A DNA stretch of 63,405 nucleotides, filler included, from Choristocarpus tenellus KU-1152 (Eukaryota > Protista > Phaeophyceae), in assembly GCA_964200185.2 (NCBI GenBank). It is 8 parts of 8 records of this genome, joined end to end, with 100 filler letters (N's around TTAATTAATTAA, not from the genome) between each part and the next. Parts side by side here need not be neighbours in the genome. Positions count along the whole stretch, not along the records: positions 46,580 to 60,489 come from CAXNAD020001326.1; positions 60,590 to 63,405 come from CAXNAD020024506.1; 6 more parts are not named here. One strand, 5' to 3'. The notes beneath the pieces were generated by a model that was not told the origin of the DNA, did no database searches, and worked only from the letters and a program-made list of their open reading frames with translations. Position numbers and translations under genes: made by a program. Below, piece by piece: positions 47,525 to 61,460 of this stretch (position 1 is the first letter of the stretch; each line of letters begins with the position of its first letter).

Positions 47525-50500
47525 ATGAGACTGAGTGGCTATGGGATAGTACCCCTATTGCTGATACCGGTCCATCCATTCTGCCATGGTCCCATGGTTA
47601 CGGAGAAAAGTCATTCCAACCTTTCACTCGACAAGCATCGGTGAGCTTTGAGAAGCCAGGACCAATCGGTGGTCATTCAACATTGCTGACGACCAAACCC
47701 CTTCCCACCATCTCCAAAAACATGCTAAAATATGAAACCCTTGTGCTCTTCCGTGATGCAGTAGTGTCAACTTGAACATGAAGGCTGTAGGAACAACAAC
47801 ATGGAACAAGCATCAGACTGCGCTTTCCCCCCCAGCTGGGCGATCCGAGACACTTGAAAAGGGAAATGAGAATTCATTCGGCTTGAAGGATGTTACGTCC
47901 GTTATAGAGAGAGCTTTCAAGCGGGTACCGTCCTTTCTGGCGATTTCGACGACAGCTATGCTATTTCGCGTCCTACTTGGAGCGCTTAACAAGGTTATTA
48001 ACGGGTTTGCTTTTTTGGCTAGTCTAACTCGAAAATGTAAGGACATAGACTAAGTGAAAGCCTTCTCCATTTCAGCATACACAGTAGCAATAATGGTTGA
48101 TTTTTCCTATTTTAATTATCTCGAATCGATTTTTTGCCCAGGTGGAGTGTCACAATCATGAGGGCTTGCTGAGCGCTGTGTTGGACAGGGGGCCTCAGGG
48201 ATTACTGACTGTCAGTAATCATGTTAGCGTTTATGATGACCCAGGTCTTTGGGCGGCTCTCATCCCGTTCTGGAGGTACAGAGACTGCTGCGCCTGTTAT
48301 CCTACTATTTTGTCTGGGCTGATCCTCAATTTTTTTTAATACCAAATTATCCCTCTTCTTCTACTGTTCACATCTACATTGAAGTTGAAATGTTCTCTTT
48401 TATAAATAAAACTGATTCAAGTGGTGCATTTGGTGTGAAGGGTACCGATATGATGTTTTGCCTGTGGAAACATCCTCCTGAATCGCTGTGATTTCTCACC
48501 AAATCGGTATCTTGTGCCCCCCTTCCCATCTATTATGAATTTTGTTGTGTTACTAGGACTGGTGTGAAGAAAATGCGCTGGTCAATGTGCACAGATGACA
48601 TTTACTTTGCCAACAAACGATTATCGAAAATATTCAAGGCAGGCAAGACTCTGCCCATAAAGCGTCGCCTGGGGATGGAGCAACCCTACCTTTGTGTGAG
48701 CTTTCAGGGAATGTACTGCTTCACCATTTCAATATTTCTCTGGAAATCTTATTGTGGCAAATTTACGGCATATCTTTACTTCTCTTTTCCCGTGCGATCT
48801 CCTTGAAGCACAGTGCTGAGGTGAATTTTATTACTCTGCAGCAGAACTTGTGAACGTGAAGTATACTTTATATTTGATTTGCATCGGTTGCTGTCACATG
48901 AGGTGTCACATGACCTGGGTGTCTGTTTTTCCCATTGGTGACTTTCATACATACCTATGCTTCGCCCCCATGTATTTTTTGTGTTTACAGTATTTGCATA
49001 CTTGGTGCTAAGTTGTTCGTTCATACACACTTACGCCTTGTACTGTAACTCAGGATTTTTTCAAGAAACTTGAGGCTGGAGATTGGGGGCATATTTTTGC
49101 AGAGGGGGCCATTCGCCAGCCTTGGAGGTAACTCTTGTGTCTTTGATGTATGTCCCATGTAGTGCATTATTTTTAATCGGGTACAAGACAACACATTGCA
49201 AGTTGTTAGGAATTGGGTGATAAAGCAAGGATAATGTTAAAGGCTTTGATCAAGGTCTTGATTCGTGAGAAAATGATAAATTGATTCGTAATTTTCTGGA
49301 TTTCTCCCAAGAATTGTGATACGAACCTAGTACAATGTTGCACCAATTGGATATCATGTGAGCATTACACTGATACATTAGTTGATGTGTGTAACATAAC
49401 TCATCTCTGGAGTGGATTAGTGTGTTTTAAAGGTAATTGTTGATAATATTGTGCTGCATGAGCCATCGGTACAAGAATGTGTAGATTGAACCATACAGAG
49501 TCAAAACCTTGAAGTCTACAGCCCAAATTGTTGGCAACAAGCTGCTACAGGGTGACTCAGAGTGTCACGGACCTGTCATCCAAAGTGAAACGTTTGGATT
49601 GTTTCTCTTTTCCAGAGATATCAAATAATATGAGGTATCTTACATTTTGTTTCATCTTCCCAAACCAGCATCAATTGGAGATTGATGCTATGAACAGTTT
49701 TCCGTATTATTATTTAAAAACTGAACGTAATAACCTTCCAGTAATCATTCCAGTGGCAGCTTTTTCTAATTTTCTCCGTCTTGTTGCTTCATGCCATCCA
49801 CATCTGTCCGTCTTCCTTGTGCTGCCCTACACCAATGTTCTTCAAAATATGGTGGAATACATGTCCCACCTTGTTATTCAACCCATATCCAAAAAGGAGG
49901 GATCTTTTTGTGAGAAGTTGACTGATGAATCATAAATGTGGTTGATAAATTAGAGTCCCCCTGTCCATATATCCTGTGTGATCGTTTATGATCTATACCT
50001 TTTAATTACTGGGTTACACATATTTCAAATAATGTTAAGACAGTTAAGACTAACCCTAAGATGCAGGACTTTTCAGCCAGTGACTTTGTGTTGGTTGAGC
50101 AGTTCTTCAAGAGTGAGAGCACGCATTAGCTTGTGAGCACTTAGACTGGATTAATAGTAACATGAACCCCCCCATGTGTATCAAGTACAATAAATAATTT
50201 CTGGAGTAGAGTGAGAGGGGTTTTTTGTTCAAATTGCATTCTATGCTGTTGAGTTGAAAGTAGCTATGGATTTGAAGAGATTTGAAGGAGGGATTCTATT
50301 TTATGCGTAACCAGGTAGAATTTGAAATTTCTGTCGAACTCTATGTCCCCTGAACAGGGACTGGCGACGAGATATTTGTAAATTGTCATGGATCTGAGGA
50401 GAATAAGAGGACAGGGGAACCTCTGCATCTTATTTTTAAGGATGCCACTGTGCACTTATGTATGCATGAACTGGAAACCAATGTGTGCCAGTTTTTTTTT

Positions 50501-53500
50501 TGTATTGACACTACCATTGAGCTGTTGTATTTTGTGCTAGAGTCAGGAGAGGATTACGATCTCTATTTTGGTTGAGCTGGCATTTTCTTTTTTGAATAAG
50601 TTGCATCCTGGTCTATGGAGATTTCCATATATGGTTTCTTTTTGGTATTCTTGATCTTTCTTGGACTTAGCTGTCCTTAAGAACACACATGCACCATACT
50701 CTTGTGAAAGATAATTTTAATATCAAGTGGACACTGCCAGTCTACTGAGGGGAGAGTATTTGCAGCAGCACAAGTGTGGTAGACATCCATAACACTCATC
50801 AAAATCTAAAGTGTACAGACCATTTGCCTTGTCTAACTTTTTTCAAATGCTGCCTGCTGATTGATATTGACCTGGTGTTTGGTTGATGACTTACACTTGA
50901 AATTTGGAATAAATCTGTAGAGTGTCTCCATTCGCAACAGTGTGTGTCACACAAGTAAACTCATGTAGCTTTGACGCAACTAGGAGTCCCTTGTGAAATC
51001 AAGCCTTAACTCCAGTTAACTGTCAATATCCAAGTGCACTGCTCGACCATCATAGGTGACAACTATTAATATTTATGTAACATATTTCCCCAAAGCGCGT
51101 AATATCTAGCTTAACTTACCCAAAATGCTTAATCACATACTCCGTCAGTGATTATTTTGTTCAAATTCCCTCAAAACTGAAACAAAAATCAAGTGAGAAG
51201 GATCTGGTTAACCTGCCTAAGGTCCAGATTAGTACATTTTTTGGCTCACAATTCTGTATCAGTTTGCAGAATTTTGGGTAATAAATGCAGTGTAATGCTC
51301 TAGGCTCTATGGTCACATTGGACAAGATCGGTATCATGTCTGTGTCAAATGGGGCAATTTGGTAAACATGCTACAGACTGTTGATAGTTCTGAGACATAT
51401 GATTTCCAGCATGATACCCTCTCTGGTGACTTGAGGTGTATTTGGTGTCTAGAGATCCTTGAAATGTGTCATACCCTGTTATATTCAAGTGTTACACATT
51501 GCATGCACTATGAATCATATTATAATGTGAATATTTTTCTTTCCACCACATTCCCACACCATCACTCCCTTAGCACAGTGGTAATTTTTTCCAGTGTATG
51601 CTGTCATGGCTGTGCCTTGATTGCGCCCTTATGCTCATGTGTCTACCCCTACACCACTACACATACACCACTTCTCTTGATCTCAACAGGTTTGCCAAAG
51701 GTGAGCCGTTGTTAGGTGATTTCAAATGTGGCATTGGGCGAATTTTGCTGCGAAGCAAGGTGAGGTCTGCTCTTCATCCTTGGTAGACTTGGAAATATAG
51801 GAGGCAACTGTGTGCCAGGATAAAACCCTCTAAGGTCAACCTTGTCTTACACTGGCAGTTTTTTGTTTTGTTTTTGGAGGGACACATACATACTGCAGCA
51901 GGAGGAGGATGGCAGAGATGTGCTTCCTGTGATGTTCGTAGTACTTGAGTTGTACTTGAATACATATTTGTTGGAATGGTGTTGATACACCTTTTTTTTT
52001 TTAGTGGTTTTTAATTGACGTGTTATACTTGGACTGGCATGTCATACTGCTCAGCATGATGCAACATTAATATTTTACAGCTTGTCTATATATTCAATCT
52101 GAGAGATATCTGCAGACCTCTATTTGCCATCTGTTTACGTGCTTGAGTTGTGATGTTCACACACCTGACATGTCTACAAGTACAGTTTCTCTTGTCCAAT
52201 TGAATGCTGTTTTTTGCCACTTCAATGTGTTGACTAATCCTTCATTCCCTACAGTTCTTGGTTTTGATTACTACTTCTACATATCTGGTATATATTTGAC
52301 ACAATCTCCACTCTAGGACAGAAGATAACAACATAACTTGAGATGACAACAAAAAGCATGGACAATAACCTGCTGAAAGTACATAAATACCATAGATGAC
52401 CCCTTCCTTCACTTTGGAATCCTTAAGTAAATACTGACTGAATATAGACAACAATCCCCACCCTACAAATACTCTCACTCTCATCAAGTGAGACTAGTGA
52501 GGAGTGAGACCTAACCTAGGATTTTCATGATTATGTAAGTTATTATTCCATTAGATTGCTGATAATTGTTGGATCCTTGGGTTCTGGAGCCCTTTTTCAT
52601 AGGTTTAAGTTCTGATTATGCTATTAATGTATTTACCAATTCCCACTCTATCTTCAGTATGTTTCTCATCTCCACAAAGTGGACCATTGTTGTAGACCTA
52701 CATCTCATGGATTTTGGTCAATTTCGATTAAGGAACCCTTGACATGGCAGTACAAACCATTGTAAAACTTGCAATTGCTTTGATATTATATCTGTTGATA
52801 CATCCTGCCCATGTTTCATTTATACAGAATCCACCAATGGTACTACCAATGTTTCACATTGGGATGCACCGAGTGGCTCCTGAGACACCTGTACCTAAGG
52901 GATCCCGTGGCAAGCTTGTTAACATGCTACCAAAAATAGGTAAGTCATCCTAAAATCCTGTCAACTATTGTCATATCATATAATTTGACATAGCTTGTGC
53001 TACTCTGGTATGTGGTATGAGTCAACCCACATCAAGTTTAGAGAGCTTGGATTTTTTTTAGCATTACGGATTGAAATAAATAAGAAATAATAAGTGACAA
53101 TTTGGGTTGCTCCATTTTTTGTTATGTACTCAATTAAATCAAAGCAACTGGGCATGTGTGGAGGTGAGGTGGTTGTGAGGAAATACAGAGCTCTATGAGG
53201 AAGGAAGTATAAAGGAATTTTTCCAGTGCTCATGCCTATATATGGGAAAATGTTGCAGTCAAAAGATTTCATTATGATCACGATTTTGCTTCAATTGATC
53301 GAATTGACTAGATGAATCGTTGTGATTCACAATACTTTTAATTTTGTATCCTGGGTGTTTTGTTGAAATGTTTGCAAATGCTCTCATTCTGACCACCAGG
53401 TGCCATGTATTCAATTGTAATGTAAACAATTGTTAAACAAGTGGAAATTGTTCTGAGAACTACAAAAGCAAAGCAGGAACTTTATGAAACCACTAGTGCT

Positions 53501-55472
53501 GTTTGGTGTTTGACCTTGAGGGGGCTGAGTTGTTGTGGGTTTGAAGGAATGACTTGTTCATATTTGAAGACTTCAACTAGAAGGTGGGGTTGTTGGGTTG
53601 CACCAAACTGGGCTAAGGTGGAACATGCAGATTGCCCGTCTTTACTACTTGCGTACACGTACTTGGTAGGTATAGTTTAGGTTCAAGATACCCTATGAAC
53701 TAAGTAGCCTGCACCAATTAAACCAAAAGATTCACCAAACTGCTGTCTACTGATGGTGATACCACACTATTTCCTTGGTGCCACCTTGATATCTTCTTTT
53801 CAGCACACTAATACTTAACCACAACTTGTACTGAGTAGCAGTCTGTTGTGTTATCTCCTGGGTAATTTTAGTTTCAGGAAGAACTTTACCTTTAACTTGG
53901 GGCAGGATATAGCCTTGGACTGAGCAACCAGAGTTGTTCTTTTCACCTTAAAGCTGTGGACTACATGCAGGAAAAGAATCACTTGGCATTTCTGCTTGTG
54001 CATATTTTTTCTTCCAATGTGATAGCTGCCGGACATATTATAGTGTGACAGGTACGCTTGAACCAATAGTTGCTTAGGACCTATACATGACCTGAGTTCA
54101 AGGTGGCTCAATCAGAAATCGTTTTTTTGTAGTTGATGGTTTTTGTCTCTTCACCCCCCTTCTTTCTTCCACAGGTCAAACTATTCATGTTTATGTGGGG
54201 GAGCCTATTGATGTTGGCCCCATCATTTCTAAGTGGAAGGTAGGCAAAACATAGTAAGCTTTGATTGTGGGATTTAAGTACACATTGGTTAGCATAAAAG
54301 TTGATTGCATTTACAAAATTGTGGGATACACCACCATCTCTACTTTCAAAAAGGAGAGATGGTGATGGTGATACAGTAGGTGGATAGGAGGCACTTGAGC
54401 ATTGCACATCAAGGATGAGGCAAGAATTGCAGTACTTTGAACAAATACAGTGCACATCACTTTGGAAATACATCCTACTCTGTAGATCAATCTGTCTTGC
54501 CAAGGACACAGTACAGTTGATGCAGGAATGAGAGTAGGCTTCTGACTTCTACTTAGGGTTTTTGCACATCAGACAAATTGTGTCTATGTGTTGAGAGAAG
54601 ATAAATGTGTAATGCTGATCTGTCCCTATCTCATCTTAACACACAAATCTTGAGTTGTGATTTAATGGGAAGCAACATTTGTGTGCAAGTCTTAGATTGT
54701 GATTTATGGCAAAAAACGATTGTGTACAAATCTTAGGTTTTTACTACTGTGATTAAATGTAGTACTTGGTTTCTTGTTCTGAAATAGTATAAATAATATC
54801 ACCCCCCTTTCCACACAGGCATGTTGCGGAAACCCTAGTATTTTGCAGGGTGGCTGGTGTCACTAGTTTGTCACATTCTCACAACTTAAAAAAAAAATTA
54901 GGAGTTAACTCTTCTATTCGTGGATACCACTCATTGCTACCCATTCATATTTCTGAGATGGTGTGGGACAATCTTCCAACAACCCTGATGAGATGTAAAC
55001 AAATCAACCGACTGTAAGCTGTACAGCTTGTGCTTGCAAGAGTAAATCACTGTGAAGGGATTCAAATCAATGTACTCCTTCATACCAGGGAACCATTTGT
55101 ACATGCCAGACCCAATGTGTGTAACTCAGATTTACGACAGGAATGACAATTGATTTTTCTTGAGATGTGATATTTTTCAAGGCAAACTCCACTATTGTTG
55201 TGGTCTTGCACATATCAACATAAATGATCTCATATGTATCTTTAATCATTTTCCTCATTTATGTCATACCCTAACCTATCAAAACTTCTTCTCAGGATAA
55301 GCTAGGGAATTTAGAAGATTCTCCATGGACAGAACGTTCCTCCAAGGCAGAGATAAGCTGCCATAAAGAGATTGCAGCATTCATCCGTGAACATGTGTTG
55401 AAGTTGGAGATGGTAGCAAGAAGGGAGTACTATGGCAGGGAGATTGATTCTCCATACAACGAATTGCCATAG
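47525..55472 (+). CDS. TAZ: Tafazzin-like phospholipid acyltransferase, ~372 aa; exons 47525-47640, 47762-47993, 48142-48275, 48557-48695, 49054-49127, 51690-51759, 52828-52939, 54175-54239, 55296-55472
   Basis: Motifs LLTVSNHVSVYDDPGLW (HxxxxD), MRWSMCTDDIYF, GKTLPIKR, GDWGHIFAEG, FKCGIGRIL, PMVLPMFHIGM and IHVYVGEPID. All phases are consistent. An alternative ATG lies at 47432. Confidence 0.9.
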
Positions 55473-56976
55473 ATGGGATACAACATACAACAGTTCAAGA
55501 CCCAATATGGAAAACTTATTATTCGTAATCCACACCAATGCTCTTAATATTTTTGCATTTTCTACTGCAATTGTACATAGAGCAAGGAACAGGGTAGGGT
55601 TTTGAATAGAAGACTTTCAATTCACTCATTAGAATGGAAATATACGTACACCAAAGGAAGTGTCAATTATTTCTTGAGTTGTAGAAATTGGAAGTTGATT
55701 CACTCACAACAGTGAGAAAGATCTAGAAAGCAAGCACATACATAAAATGTAGAGATTTTACACTATAGAGGGGCTAGTTTGTATATAGCCTGTTGAGATT
55801 TTTTTTTGGTAAGTCTTTACCAACCATACACACACATAAAATAATATAGTTCTATATAATTGAATGAAGCACAAAAGTGTACTGATTTGAGGTGTTCAAC
55901 TTTTAAACATCATTGTCAAGATGTATTCTTACTCCATCTTCAATATCTTACACTCCAAACAGTGCATTGGTGTAGCATTTTTAACCTCTGACCTGAGGTC
56001 TATCTCCATTGCTCTTGGCTGAGTGTGGTTGTTGTGGGGAGTACTTTCATGCCTTTCTCCTTGTAATTCTTGTTGAGTTGGACTTATTGGATCCACATTG
56101 CATTGCTCTATCTTTTATCTTTCCCCTGAATCATTTTTAGGTGGTAAGTGCTCTGCACCTGCACGTTTTTTTCTCTCATTTTCTTTTTTAGTCCTTATTG
56201 TTGCCTTCTTAGGACTACTACCTTTTCCAACCACTGCTGCTGGCCTTGCCCCTCAGACTAACATGGGTAATAAGAACAATGATCACTGCACAACTTGAGA
56301 CATGAATAATGAACGTTTTACCCTACTTACGACACAAAATATCAATATTTTTCCAACTTGGAGAAGAATTCCTCAATCCTACTGTGCATTCATCAAGTCT
56401 GCTGCTGCCCTGCCTTGAAATAAATATAATATAGAGCAATTGTTACGGCAGTTTGTTGCAACAAGTTATATGTTCGCCTACCCCTGTTCAAACAAAAATC
56501 GAAACATAAACACCATGTTAAAACCACCAACAAAAAAACAGCTGCTCGTGTCTAACGAGGACGCATCTTTAGTTATTATTCAAATTTGTCTTGCAGCACG
56601 GCTGACACTGAAACAACTCTAGCTGTAATTAGGATATGAGTCCATATGCTTATCCGTTGGGATTCTATTAACAAAATAACATACACGACGTATCAGTGAA
56701 ACATAGTCACTCTTCTCTAAACAAGCGTGACAATCAATGATCCCATATATCATCATCCTAAGACAAACACAAAACATTACAACATAGGACATAATCAACC
56801 ACTGCACACCTAACCTTGTCTAATACCTATCTCTTGATGCTCTACTCCCAACTTCAAGTCACCAATGGGGGTTTGCTGAAGGCACAACTCCCAACTCTCC
56901 AGTCATCAATTCAAGTCTCTCGTGGGGTTTGCAACACCAAAACTGTCCAACTCACCCACACATGCCAAAATTTCAA

Positions 56977-59586
56977 CTACCGTCTCCTGAGACCAAGAAT
57001 CCGCGATGTGATCCTGCTAAGGCTTTCACCAAGGTCATGCTTCAACTTTCCCCTCTTTGATACAGGTGACACAGTGAGTGGGGCTACAGGAGATAGAACA
57101 AATCTTCCTTGAATGGAGATACGCCCCCTGTTGATACGCAAACGTTCTATCCTTGCCCTGTGAAGAGATTAAAAGGGGGAAAGGGTAGGGGGGGCATTGA
57201 GAGGAAGAAGTTAGCAAAAATAAGCAATTCTTGAGGGCTGTGCCGTATGTATTCATGTGGTACCCACCCAACTCGTGCTGCCAGAAAAAGCACTGTCTTC
57301 TGGCAACTGCGTGAGATCAAGTCACCTGTTGGAGAAATGTTCAACCCCTAATCCATTGGATACTATTTCCTGACAGAAGAACAAACTCTTTATGCAACTC
57401 TGCATCAAGTTGATGGAGCTAAATCTACAAATTCACATACCTTTCCTCTTGAAGGGTAAAGTCAGAATCGATTCTGCAAAGCATGACAAGAAATTTATCT
57501 ATTCAACTCTAAATATAACAACATAGAATATATTCACCTGTCACCGAGATCAATATCCACATTGTGCAGTGTTGGCATTGGCAAAGGAACATGCCCAACA
57601 GGAGCATCCCAAAACACCTCAGGGTCCTTCAGATAGAGGACATGCCCATCACGTGAAGTACTCAGTCCAGTGTCACACCGAAAGGGCATGTAGAAATGCT
57701 CACTACTCATCTCTCCCTGTACAGTTATTTTCCCACCACGTACTCGTACTCTGAACACCTTTATTCTATCAACCAGTTGATCAGTGTCTCCCTTTCGAGA
57801 TTGAAGAGGTTTGAAGGCTGTGTTGAGAACTGTTTCTGCAAGTCTCCGGATTGCTGGGGATGCCATGAGGTCAGCATCCATGAGGATGTATGACCCCGTG
57901 ACCTCACAAGGCCTGCGGAGTCGTCGGAGGCGCCGCATTGGACCCGGCAGAAGACCAAAGGTAAACATGTCAACACCAAGAACCTCCAACCTTGCACCAC
58001 CTGTTACCTGAGGAGAGTGGAATGTAGGTTGGGAGATGGGTAACAACGGACAGTTGACCACCAATCTGAATCCATTGTTGTGCAGACTAAGGTGAAACCA
58101 TGATGAAAACAGTACCTACACAAGCTGAGGTGAGAGTGTCATGGATATCATGCACTCGACGGTGGGGAAAAGTTGCAGCAAACAATCCCCCCCCAAAAGA
58201 GAATAAATATTGAAAGGAAAATGGTGCACACAGTTGCCATGGATAGTACTGATACATGGAGGACACAAGCACAACAAAATTATCTCAGAGATGTGGACAA
58301 GAACATTGCCATACACAGAAGTGTGTGAGACCGGTATGAACATACACAACCCAGCCTTTCTAGATTAGGGTGTATGCACAAGGCAAGGAAGGAGATCACG
58401 ACAAAATCACATACCAGGTACAAATTGTTCCTTTCTCCCACCTGCAACCATCACATCACCATTGGTCAAAATTTACAATGGGGTAAAAGTAGTAATGACT
58501 ACAAAGTGCCAAGAGCTAGGGAAATACCTGCCTTTCTAGTTTTTCAACTAACCAACTTGCTTGCCAAGACTTTTTGGTTATCACATCAGGGTCCAAGCTC
58601 TACAGCTCCACACCTGGATGTTATCGAAGGCAAGTTTGTCGAATTGCACCGCGACAGTATCCCACTGACCACTCATCGCAGCCCTGTTAGACCGTGCCTC
58701 CACTTCTACAAAAAGTCCAGAGCTAGCTTTAGCTCTAGACTGGATTGAGCGAGTAAGGAACCACTCCACCGCACGACTCGTGATAGGCTGTCGTCCCCCA
58801 AAAAATATCTTGAGGTAACGTGTAGGAAGAAAGGACGCCAATAAGAGGCAGCGAGAGTTGGGATCACGGTGCACGATGCTCGCACATTAGTGCGAAAGTT
58901 CTCCGTCCACCTCAACATCGCTTGCCTCTAATGTTACGCATGGTCAATGTGGTTGACAGTGCCTCACTCGAAAGGGGTTAGCTCAACCAGACTACAGCAC
59001 ATGTTGCAAAAGATTCAATATCAAACGCACCCTGGAAATGATAGCTTCAGCCGTGAGTTGCAGGAAGACAGTGCAAAAAACGAGCTTCGAAAACGTTTCT
59101 GATATCAGAATCGTGACGATTTCCTAAATAAAGAGCATCACCACATTTCAATACAATATACCTCACCGGTTCATCATGAAGAAGCACACTTGTGGCAGAG
59201 AGAGAATCCACCCCTCTGGTATCACGAGAGACCCCCCTCGAATTTCCATGTTTCAGTGGCAATCGAGCAAGCCTAAACCCCATCGTCATATGATCATTCA
59301 AGCCGAGTACGTTCTGGCTCAGGTGCTCACCCCTTCCTTCAACATGATCGGAGAAACAAGATCTCAACGATTTGCCTCTGATATCAACTACTCTACCCCT
59401 GTTGTTGGAGAAGAGGGCAATACCTCGTGACCGTATTCCGGAAGACCCACAGGGGGCAACGAATCCACACGAGGTGCGATATTTATCAGTCCCAGCCCAC
59501 ACAGACCCAGACGTAGCCACCGAAACAACCAAGACAGTCGCAACAGCCAACCGAAACACCCAACATGGAAGATTTAATCGAATCAT
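56977..59586 (-). CDS. DUF2993/LmeA-like lipid-binding protein, probably plastid-targeted, ~435 aa; exons 59586-59167, 58927-58886, 58808-58614, 58007-57538, 57157-56977
   Basis: Motifs LFVEVEARSNRAAMSGQWDTVAV, LRRLRRPCEVTGSYILMDADLMAS and VDIDLGDRARIERLRINRGRISIQGRFVLSP, recalled from cyanobacterial/plastid DUF2993. A hydrophobic N-terminus is followed by CG/FVAP. Confidence 0.7.
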
Positions 59587-60394
59587 CCTATCCTAGTCAC
59601 ACCAACCGATATGCCAAGAACTCAAAACAACAGAAGTCTGCGGGTCAATCACGTCTTGTTTCGCATCAGTCACTGGGACCTTCACCGCACTCTGCACGGT
59701 GCTCTTGGAAAATATAAGAACCAAAGAAATTTAATCCCACACTTTTTTTAAGCTCAGCTTGCTAGGGAAAGAAGAAGAGGTTTGGCGCGAAAAGCCAGCG
59801 GTCCCGTTGATGGCGTTCTGTTCTGTCTGCATTGTTGATGGTTGCGAAGGTTTTCATTTTCGTACATATGTTGACAACAGAGGGAAGGAGGGGATCTGTG
59901 ATTGGTGACAGAAGTTGAACATTAACCATTCTAAATCTACAGGATTGGTATGGTGTGTAAGGACCACTAACTGCTTACTATATTTGTAGCGCGAAGTATG
60001 GCTCTGTGCTGCTATAAGAAGTTTACACCACTATCAATGGGTTTATAATACAAAAATCTTCCGACTAAACTGAATGGAGTGAGTGGGTACGTAGTTCCAT
60101 TTATACGTATAGCAGCATTGAACTTGAGGTCATTGATGACAGACCATATCACATTCATTTCGATCATGAGCAATAAGTTAGTCACTAATATATATAATGG
60201 ATTACATACAATATAATAGATGGTGAGTCCCAACAATAGATAGTATCAGTGCAATATTATATTATATGGTGGCATATTGTATTGATACATCTTCAATATG
60301 TCAAAAACATAATATATTATTGAATATGACAGAAATACTACTACTACAATATAGTATATTTTTATTAATATGCCCTCTGACATTTTGCAGATAA

Positions 60395-60489
60395 CAGGGG
60401 ATTCGCAAAATTGAGGATGGCGCGTGACTATGAGGATGGTTGTTTTTCGAAAACGGTCTTTAAAAAGTACCTAAAGGTTTTTTGGAAGG
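60395..60489 (+). repeat. Second copy of the same element terminus (starts CAGGGG), cut by linker
   Basis: Near-identical to 5091-5163. A CAGGGG start is typical of hAT TIRs (inference). Confidence 0.7.
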
Positions 60490-60589
60490 NNNNNNNNNNN
60501 NNNNNNNNNNNNNNNNNNNNNNNNNNNNNNNNNTTAATTAATTAANNNNNNNNNNNNNNNNNNNNNNNNNNNNNNNNNNNNNNNNNNNN
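60490..60589. other. Artificial contig linker
   Basis: Same 100-nt spacer. Confidence 0.98.
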
Positions 60590-61460
60590 GTGTGTGGCTT
60601 AGCCCCATCCTGTTACACAAAGATGGTGTGTCCTTCCGTACTAGGCATGTTGGCCTTGATTACCTGGATGACATCCTTGATCATTAGCTTCATATACCTC
60701 TCCCCATCCACTGTCCTTGGCACAAGCACATTGGTGCTCTTGGGGGCGGTGTTTACTGGAGCACTGAGTGACCTTAGAATCCACGATTGGCCAGATCCCA
60801 ATTTTTCCCATCGAACCACACCATGTTGGAGAGTCTCCTAGGTCGGGCCACAGCTGCAAGGAACATCACCTTCGTAATGCAATGCTTATTCTGTGCCCAT
60901 GAGGGGTTGGATGGGTCCTCACTGGGGTGCAGGTACACACTTGTCCATCTTTGAGGATGTGAAACAACTTCTCACCCACATGCACCCAGTCATACAGATC
61001 GTCCACTAATGTCCTACTTCCCCCCTTCCTGTGTGAGTCGCTGATGACGAAACCCACCTGTCGAGAAAATGCTTTCAATTCTTGTGTAAGAGTAAACTAC
61101 ATAAGAAATGTGTATGGATTGATGAACTAGAACATGAAAGAGTTAAGGAACAGGAAGTATTGTAGCAAGAAATCTGTGATTAGTGATTAGTGATCCACAG
61201 CATAGGATAGATTTGGTGGAAAAGAACTCCCCTCTTAAGCTCGAAAGCTCGCTCCTCCTTTCTCCCTTCGTACTTCATCTACAACCTGTCCAACACGTTA
61301 AGGAAGTAATCAGGTCATATAGATACACAAGTCTAGAGAGCATCGGCTTCATTTTCACCACCCTGTTGACTTTCTGCTGGTCCAAAAGGACCAGCTTAAT
61401 CCAGCGCTTCACCTTCTTCCACTTGCACAGATCCCACAACGAGGCAAGGGATCTCAGCTT
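60590..61460 (-). pseudogene. Plant/oomycete-type Tc1/mariner (DD39D-like) transposase pseudogene
   Basis: Fragments in the correct order: WIKLVLLDQQKVNRV, DDLYDWVHVGEKLF (like VHVDEKWF), GKIGIWPIV..TQCSSKHRP, TVDGERY..VIQVIKANMP and IFV*QDGAKPH (like QQDNAxPH). Frameshifts and stops are present. Confidence 0.8.

Noticed and set aside
54819-54850. Extra tafazzin exon (ACCGNPSILQ)
   Set aside because: Exons 8 and 9 already join in phase and give a sensible protein without it.
55900-56300. K/E-rich minus-strand coding-like stretch
   Set aside because: It has internal stops and no splice-consistent model; probably decayed TE or UTR.
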